DNA from: Mizuhopecten yessoensis
Lineage: Eukaryota
Direction: 5' to 3'
Length of the DNA stretch: 64,000 nt
Assembly (NCBI RefSeq): GCF_002113885.1
Contig: NW_018403859.1
Coordinates: forward strand, 29,037 to 93,036
Below, one piece after another: positions 56,801 to 64,000 of the stretch (within the stretch, counting starts at the first letter, position 1; every line of letters begins with the position of its first letter). A program made the position numbers and the translations under genes. Below the pieces are notes generated by a model. It did no database searches. It had not been told where the DNA came from and saw only the letters and a list, made by a program, of their open reading frames with translations.

Positions 56801-59800
56801 CATCATAGCATGATTCCTGATAATGTTTCAAGAGATCTTGTGCCATCCAATTCACATTTATAATGGATTTTTTTGCTTATTTGTAAGACATGTGAATCAC
56901 TAGGTTAGATAAATCTTGTTGAAAACTATGTGTTTCTCAAGGAAAGAATTTATACACATAATAATTTGTGTACACTAAACTGATAATTACGATTCAACAT
57001 TACTTTACATGATGCAATATACCACCAAACGTGACGCACATTTACATTGGTATTTAGATGTAGTCTTCAATTTAGAAACAATTCTTTTAAAGTACAGATT
57101 TAGAATTGAACTATTATTGGGATAGTTCCCATGTTTCGCATATATATGGTTATACCTTTGCCAGTGTCCGTTGCACTCCGCTTTGCCAGTAAAACTGAGT
57201 TTACAAAGTCTTAACCGATGAGATAAGTCCGCTAATATACAAAAAGAGGAAGGGTTACCGCCACGACAAAACCTGGTTGGATTTCGCTTCTATTTCTTGC
57301 ACTTCATTATAACAAATAACACACATTAATAGAAAAACAATCTGAATTATTCGACGAAGACGCTCACATTGGATATAATAACATATTATTAGAAAGGAAT
57401 TGTTGATTTGCTCAGCAATATGGTAATACATTCAAAGGGAAAGATGATTTAATTTTAGATTACGGACCAACGGACCTTATTGTTTCCGGAACGACGTCTA
57501 GCAGTGTAAACTTCCAGTGGCATCTGGGACCGAGCTGTTACGTCAGAACGGATATACTTCTCATGTACAACGTGTCTGGACAGACACGAGAAATGCATGT
57601 GCAAAAGGACTCGGAATACTACACGCTTGGAAATCTAGATCCAGAAACTGCGTACACCGCCCATTTTGTCGTTGAGTACGGGGATGAGAAAAGTGACCCC
57701 GTACATATCACATTTACTACAGGTAGATCATAACCTTCTTGTAGCACAGGGGTAACCAGAAGAAACCCTGATAAGTAAGAGTTATCATTGGGATCCGGCC
57801 GCCCTCGCGTGCGTGCCCTTGACGTAATCGCTCTGAATTTTGTTATCCAATTTTCAAGAAACCCCATATCTGTGTTCACAAACATCACCTCATGTACAAG
57901 TTGGCGTTGCGACGTTCTGGTGTTAAACGCCAAATCACTGTCACCATAACTAAAATATATGTTTCATTGTTTTACAGACTTCAATTTTTATGCAATTGTC
58001 TCGCATTTGTGGTCGAAAAGCAGGTGAATATTGCAGGCATCATTCTACAGACGCCATTTACCAGATTGTCACGAAACCACACATACTGGTTTGCAAAAAG
58101 TATCTTTTGTAAGAGATCAGGGTTCGACACTCCGGGGTTAAAGACTAATTAATTGTTACTATAACAAGATTGCTCGGGCCTTCGTTCTCCTGTACTCTCT
58201 ATTTCAACTGACGAGGTTATATGGGTGTTTATAAGCTTTTCCTATTGTAGTTACGATTTTGTTTGTATTTTTTAGGAGAACGTGAAGGCTTATCAGTTGG
58301 AATAATTGCTGCAATTTCTGTAGGTATGTTTTTTTAATCAAACCCCAAAAACATCAAAGTTTATTACATCGACAGACAGTTTAACTGCTTTAGAGTGTAT
58401 ACATGTGATATCAAATGGAAACCATAACAGTAGTGTCATATGAGCTGGGACAGTGGACTTTCCATGGATAAATGGCGACTTATCACAAAGCAAACAAGAC
58501 TGTCTAACGATTAAAATAAATGAAGAAATTGTGAATGAGTTTACGTGTATACTGTACAAAATAGGTTAAATACTCATACTTAGGGGTTCTAGAATGGCTT
58601 TTCGCTCAGCCGTGATAGTTTCATGATAAATTGTGATGTATCTAATGAAAAAATACGTGTCATTAATCTGTACATTTGAACTAATTTCATTTTGAGGGGA
58701 AATGAGTGTTCTAAGCTGACATGCGGCCAGACGAACTTGAGTAATGCCATGGTACTTTTTATTGGTTTTGTTCCCCTCAGTAATCGTGATCCTCGTTAGC
58801 CTACTTATCGCTGGTATAGTGCTCTGGAGAACGGGGAGGCTCAGCCGCTACAAGGAGTCCATCTACGGGCACATCCAACGGCGGACAATCAAGCACCGGC
58901 GGTCAAACAGCTACTCTGATTCGAAAAACGTCAATCAAGTAAAAGAACGGAAGTCATTCGCGGTACATATCATCCATGTATTTACTTTTTACTTTTTAAA
59001 AGAACGATAGTTCTGGTCCAAGAATGGTATTGATATCTATAACAATTGTCAAGTACATCACAAGATAAGTTCTTTAAAACTGATTGGTTTATAACCGTAA
59101 ATCTAATTTTGCATAGATTTATCGTCTTCCACGGGATATTATACTTTTCAGACTCACAGGTAAGTAGGACCAAATGTTCTTTCCCTTGTCCTAGCGGGCG
59201 CTGTTCCTTCTTCTTGAACAGCCATAGAAACGGCATATTCAATCTCTTTTGCATAGCCATTTAAAAGCTCTAAGAAGAAACAGGCAAACGAACCGAATAG
59301 GCCTGGCAGACCTCTACAGACAACACCACCATGAAAGAATAGTTCCATCGTGAAAAAACATTTTATTGTACATATATAATACAATGAGATAAGAGTTATA
59401 TTATCATAATTGTGTCCACACAACAGCTGCAAACATAATGAAAACATCATCCATATACAGCACATTTTTAACAACCTACCCATTTATTTCGACCAGAACC
59501 TGGCTTATTCGGATGTCGGTGACGACGATGTATACTTGTATGGTCAAATGGTGTTTAATGAGGACCAAGCGTGGGAGGTACATCACGACCAAATATCCTT
59601 AGTCGAGAAAATGAACATAGGACGGTTTGCCGACATTTTCAAAGCTTCTCAAAACTCCAAAAAGAACAATAGGAAGATCCTTGTTGCAAAGGTGCTGAAA
59701 GGTAAGCTTGACTCGTGACACCAGTATAAAATATATTGAATAAAAAACATATGTTTTAACTGGGCTATAATTCAAAGGTGAAAACACATTTCACTCAGAT

Positions 59801-61979
59801 GAAAGTAAAAATCCGGAATGCCGTATTCTCCACCCCATTTTATCTGATTCTTTCAATGTAACAAGGTGAAAATATCGGGGTTTTTTTTCGTTTGTGTGTT
59901 AGACATTTAAACAAATGTCGTTTAATTAAATAACATACAGTGTATGAATGAAATTGAAATCAAATGAGTCTGAGAACCACAAAATACTGTCTTTTCCTTG
60001 AAGAAACTACATGAAGCAGGATTTGGTATTCCGAGTAACATCCGGTAGTCATGATGCCTCAGAACACTTCAAAATGGAGCTTTGGATTTTGGAAAGGCTT
60101 TTGTAAAATTATTGATTTCGATATTAATTTGCTGATATTCCAGAGTCACATACAGAGATAGACGAAATGGTGATGACCGCCAAGATCAACTTCTTTGCGA
60201 CAAAGATTGGTTCCCATCCCAACGTTATTAAATTTGCTGGTGCCGTTCTTGACAACAAACCACGTAAGAATTCCGAAACGTCGATTTAACATTATTTGTA
60301 AAATAACGACATTCAGCAATTATTTGACATCTTGTTATAAAGTATTAACTCGAGGTTGTTTTAATTACACATTTAAACAATGTCTATGTTTTATTAAACG
60401 TTATTGGTCAAATTTGCTGTTACTAAATACATAACAAAAGCATGATCTGCTATTGTTTCATGCATGCAGGTTATTTGAACTTTAAATAATATTCCGTATA
60501 CATGTATGTAGCAAAACAATCGTATATGTATTCACAGAAGTTTTATAAGTAAACATTTTTGTCATGATTTTCACCTATTTCTGTATGACTTAAATACATT
60601 TTGTGGCGTTCATAGTTCAATTTTAATGCATCGCTCTTGTTTAGTCGGTCCTTTCATGCTGTTGGAGTTGTGTGAGGCAGGTGTGATGAGGACTTGGCTG
60701 CAAAATCAACGAACAAAGATAACCGACAGTGTCGTAGATACCTTGTATCGTATGACCTTTGACATCGCTAGGGGAATGGACTACCTTGCTTCTAAAAAGG
60801 TATTATTTAGCAATTGTTACATAACCAAAGATACTAAATGCTTTATCAATACAATTAATTTTCACTGAGCGATTTTCCTTACAATTGAGGTTGCTAAAAC
60901 GCAACACTAAATATGCAGTAAAGTATTTTTTTTAACTAATTGGCGATATGTAATATATTACCACGTATTTAACAAAGGAAAATAAGAAAATATAGATAAA
61001 GAAAAATGTGCGACACATATCTTCACGTATTTTACATTATTATGTTTTTGAATTAAAGGGTAGCCCTTACCCCTAAATGTGAATTAGTTAACGTTAGGAG
61101 TATCTTTTAACAGTCAAAGTTATCGCACCACTTCGTACGACGAAATATCGACACGCAGTATGCTTTCATTATTTTTTTGTTACTATGCGACAATCGAAAA
61201 ATGAAAACAACACAACACCTTTAATTCTAAACAAATAATTTTTTAAATCAACATTACTCTCCGGCAATATGCATCGTGACATTTTGCCCTTTCAATAAAT
61301 AAACATGTATCTTATACTACATGAGTTATTATCCTGTTTTTAGATAATTCATCGTCATCTGGCAGCCAGAAATATTCTCCTGACATCGTCACTTGAAGCA
61401 AAGGTAGCAGGATTTGGACCGACAAAGGAAACTGAGCAACAAGATGGCGACAATGGAAAGGCTAGTACAGTCGATAATAACAGAAAGATTAGCCTATAAA
61501 GACAGCTTAATGTGACTAGCGGTAACCCTTACCCTAAGTTGCCGGTATACACCATATGACTCATGAGTTGACAGTATAAGATTACCAAAAAGAAGTTTCA
61601 AACGACTCGAGAACAAAATAAAGTATAGATTTTCCCATTTGGGAATGTAATTTTCTCAAAAAAAGAATGCTTCTCGCGCAGATGATGTTATGGACCGGAC
61701 ATAGTATCCACACAAAAGTGATCCGCCATAAACAAATCATCATAGAGTTAGAAAAAACCATTGCGAGGATGAAAACACCATTTTCCAGCGTAAATGTGCA
61801 TAAAAGTATGCAAAAAACCAATGACCAATTGAATCTAAATGTTAAATTAAAGTTGTTACTACAGGGAAAGGTGGCGATCAAGTGGATGGCCCCGGAGTGT
61901 ATGACTTCCGTGAAGGACGCTACAATGCCGAGTGATGTGTGGTCCTATGGAATCGTAATGTGGGAAATATTCAGTCTGG
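38838..61979 (+). CDS. Receptor tyrosine kinase-like (pseudokinase) gene, partial at both ends, about 1100 aa visible. Exons: 38838-38894, 42255-42340, 45851-45943, 46319-46417, ~47116-47406, 48140-48275, 51805-52012, 52743-53554, 53664-53781, 55305-55487, 56233-56269, 57459-57722, 58276-58323, 58781-58938, 59497-59701, 60144-60263, 60645-60799, 61344-61460, 61865-61979
   Basis: The exons join in consistent phase into EMI-like (C..GWWG..Y..CCTGY), 2 EGF-like, a long ectodomain, FN3, TM and a PTK-fold domain ([49 protein letters not shown]). The signal-peptide exon and final kinase exons were not found in the window. Confidence 0.85.
39020..41480. repeat. 29/31-bp minisatellite, about 80 copies, intronic
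   Basis: Unit gtgacaaaatgtatagcatcgacaacacaca, with 2-bp length variants. Confidence 0.96.
41880..42003 (-). mobile_element. tRNA-derived V-SINE-like element
   Basis: Minus strand: ggtggtgcagttgacaacgcactctcctttcac..ggttcgattcccc (A/B boxes), then ggttttctccggctactcctgtttcctc (V domain). Confidence 0.7.
42255..42340 (+). CDS. RTK-like exon: end of EMI-like domain ([28 protein letters not shown])
   Basis: ttacag / gtaagc boundaries, CCxGY motif, phase matches neighbouring exons. Confidence 0.75.
42820..42900 (+). mobile_element. Isolated 3' tail of the I/Nimb-like LINE family
   Basis: ctaaatgacc..tcgatgggccgttaaac..aaacaaac closely matches 1947-2005. Confidence 0.65.
43290..45290 (+). mobile_element. 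Highly degenerate Tx1/L1-like LINE ORF2 remnant (intronic)
   Basis: Broken frames retain [26 protein letters not shown]....[35 protein letters not shown] and a C-terminal CxxC. There are many stops and frameshifts, and an internal deletion after about 44730. Confidence 0.85.
45851..46417 (+). CDS. RTK-like exons: two EGF-like modules (45851-45943, 46319-46417)
   Basis: [28 protein letters not shown] and [30 protein letters not shown]; symmetric phase 1-1 exons. Confidence 0.88.
48782..48868. other. Assembly gap (87 N) inside a poly-C tract
   Basis: N run flanked by C homopolymers. Confidence 0.99.
49148..51322 (+). repeat. 74-bp tandem array, about 29 copies, derived from a tRNA/SINE head (Pol III B-box in each unit)
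   Basis: Unit ctgatcaggtacaggtaccgctattagtcacggcgtcgttattgtgatcggaggtccagggttcgaatccatgt; contains GGTTCGAATCC. Confidence 0.93.
52316..52383. mobile_element. 68-bp hairpin MITE with 9-bp target-site duplication
   Basis: TIRs catcctcgatatccaggagttacgct / agcgtaacccctggatatcgaggatg; acatatagc at 52307-52315 and 52384-52392. Confidence 0.85.
52743..53554 (+). CDS. RTK-like large ectodomain exon (beta-rich, N-glycosylation-rich)
   Basis: Contains ORF 52812-53558; many NxS/T sequons; tag / gtaagt boundaries. Confidence 0.85.
55460..55620 (+). repeat. 46-bp tandem triplication spanning an exon 3' end and splice donor
   Basis: atgctcaattcatccgtctctctgcaggtaacaaaacatactgac, 3 copies plus a partial fourth. 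Confidence 0.88.
57459..57722 (+). CDS. RTK-like exon: fibronectin type III domain
   Basis: [17 protein letters not shown]...[12 protein letters not shown]...SDP..FTT; phase 1-1. Confidence 0.88.
58276..58938 (+). CDS. RTK-like exons: transmembrane helix and basic stop-transfer (58276-58323, 58781-58938)
   Basis: [32 protein letters not shown]. Confidence 0.85.
59497..61979 (+). CDS. RTK-like exons: juxtamembrane region and tyrosine-kinase-fold subdomains I-IX (5 exons)
   Basis: [51 protein letters not shown]. Confidence 0.92.
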
Positions 61980-64000
61980 GTAGGTAGGGTATGGTTATCA
62001 GGGGAATATCCAATGTGGTCATTAAGTGGGATATATGTATTTGATCTGTACATGTTATCAGAAAGATATATAGAAAGATAAACAGCACAGTTTACATGTG
62101 TGTGGTAAACTCTATCTATCAAATTGCTAACAATACAATTACAGTACAATTACAATGCTGATCGTTCAACGGGAAGACACTTACATAATTTTCCTATTTT
62201 AGGAGATATCTCAATCTGAAACACCGATTGGAATTAAAAGTTAATGTTTGATACCGTTCATTATATTACTATAAGAGATGTCATGCATAACATAACGTTA
62301 CATTTGATGGTGTAATATCAAACGAGCCGTGTACATTTATGAAGCGTGGGCCAATGACATACCTTGTGATGAACGTAAGAAATGTTCCAAAACGGAAACT
62401 TAATTGATAACGTAAAACACTTTAAGCCTTATCAACGTCTCATACATTCGGTATAGCCATGTTTTTTTTTAATTTATCAATTAGCAATGTGATATACAAA
62501 TGCTTAAAATTAGCTTATTTACATATAATATGTAACGTCGGACAAGCGTCTGTTTCAGGTAGTTGGATATAAACAGCAATACCGAGAAAGATTATGAAAA
62601 TATATACAATTTATCAAATACAAATTCACTAATACTCACTATCACACTCACTCTCAACCCATGCACCCTCTAATCAGAATAATACAGATCATCAGGACCA
62701 CAGTCTGCTAAAGGAAAGTGTCCCCAAAAACAATGTTCCATAAGCCAACATCTGGTCGAAGCACACCACCTGTTCTACACGAACAAATCAACCGAAACAA
62801 TACTGTACCTCAGCACAGTTAAAAAACTGCGTCTGCTATGACGTAGGTAAACACACAAAGTGTTTCCGTAGATTACCCGCGGCAGGTAGATATATTTCAC
62901 TAGCGGTAACCCTAACCCTAAGTTGCCGGTATACACCATATGACTTAACTAGTTATCGATAGTCATCACTCAGAGTTGTTCGCTCCATCCAGTCGACACA
63001 ATGAGCGTCCTTACTGGCACCATGACCCTTCCGTATCGTCAACCAAAACTCTCCTGTAGCTGACCTTATAACAATATTTTTCCTGAAGTTCAAGTCGTCG
63101 TTGCAGACAGGGTCTTGATCGATGCAGAAATATCAATCCGTTATGGAAAGCTTTAGCAAGTAAAATACTTACATACAATGTGATACAATAACATCCTACC
63201 TGAAAATTAGCATAACGCAGTAGATAGCCCCAACAAATAGTATATATAATCTACACAATATTCCCCTATATTTACAGTTGTACAACGTGTCGGTCCATTT
63301 ATATCATAAATCTTGATTAAATTGTCAATTCAAGTATGGCGACTAAAGGCTGCCGTACTTTTTTTCATGGACAATACTGGTCAGAATAACATTTATATGG
63401 ACAATTTAACTCATTGTACCTATTGTATCAAACTATTATAAACGATATGCATTATACATTACATTCTGATAATACAAACATATTAGCAGGATGTAAACAA
63501 TTAATATACACCTGTACTACACCTGCCCTATCAATGCAAGACTGAATAAATCATAACTGAGCACAAAGCCAACAAGTCTTACTGAAGTTGGAAAAAGCAT
63601 GCAAAGCAAGTGAGATTTTGCCTGTACGCTATTCAAAACAACTACAATTTCTCACTCAGGTAATCTGGCTTGACTTGTATCAATAGCCTTGTTAGCTTCA
63701 TGAATTATTGTAAAATTCTTTTTGAAGCAGTTTCTAACATTTTTCTCGTTAATAGTGAAAACATGGATACTTCATGAATGCATGTACAGGTAATTTTTTC
63801 ATGAATTAAAATATTCAATGTAATTTTGCGCCACTCAAATTCTGACTTCAAAAATTGAAAAGGGTGTGTCCACCTTTGGCCAATGAAATCATTTACCAGA
63901 ATTCTGGTAAGCCGCGGTATGATGTCTCAAAACGAAAGCCCTGGGTTTGACCAGACTCTCTGTTCGGCGTAGCTTGCGCAGGCAATAAGAGTCTGGTTGA

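Noticed and set aside
59117-59159. Candidate extra receptor exon ending at a strong cag|gtaagt donor
   Set aside because: Neither possible acceptor gives a phase 0-0 fit between the flanking exons; left unannotated pending RNA data.

Overview
AT-rich eukaryotic genomic DNA with introns, most likely from a bivalve mollusc (inferred from the SINE, LINE and Helentron-like repeat types and the gene content). Three host genes are visible. (1) The first coding exon of an SLC22-type organic cation transporter (minus strand, 13339-13481). (2) A complete 4-exon NXPE-family gene (minus, 22971-26997, about 539 aa). (3) A gene of at least 19 exons (plus, 38838 to beyond 61979) encoding a single-pass receptor: EMI-like, 2 EGF-like, about 600 aa of unassigned beta-rich ectodomain, FN3, TM, and a tyrosine-kinase-fold domain that has lost its catalytic motifs (HRD->HRH, DFG->GFG, alphaC Glu->Lys), i.e. 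a receptor pseudokinase. The rest is repeats: an RNase H-bearing I/Nimb-type LINE 3' half with an open frame, degenerate RTE-X-like and Tx1-like LINEs, several tRNA-derived SINEs, tiny hairpin MITEs, Penelope-like remnants with hammerhead-like motifs, a perfect 128-bp inverted repeat and large minisatellite arrays. One array has a 74-bp unit built from a tRNA/SINE head. The long ORFs at 29-31 kb and 39-41 kb are satellite artefacts. All exon models were derived by eye from GT/AG signals and phase consistency.
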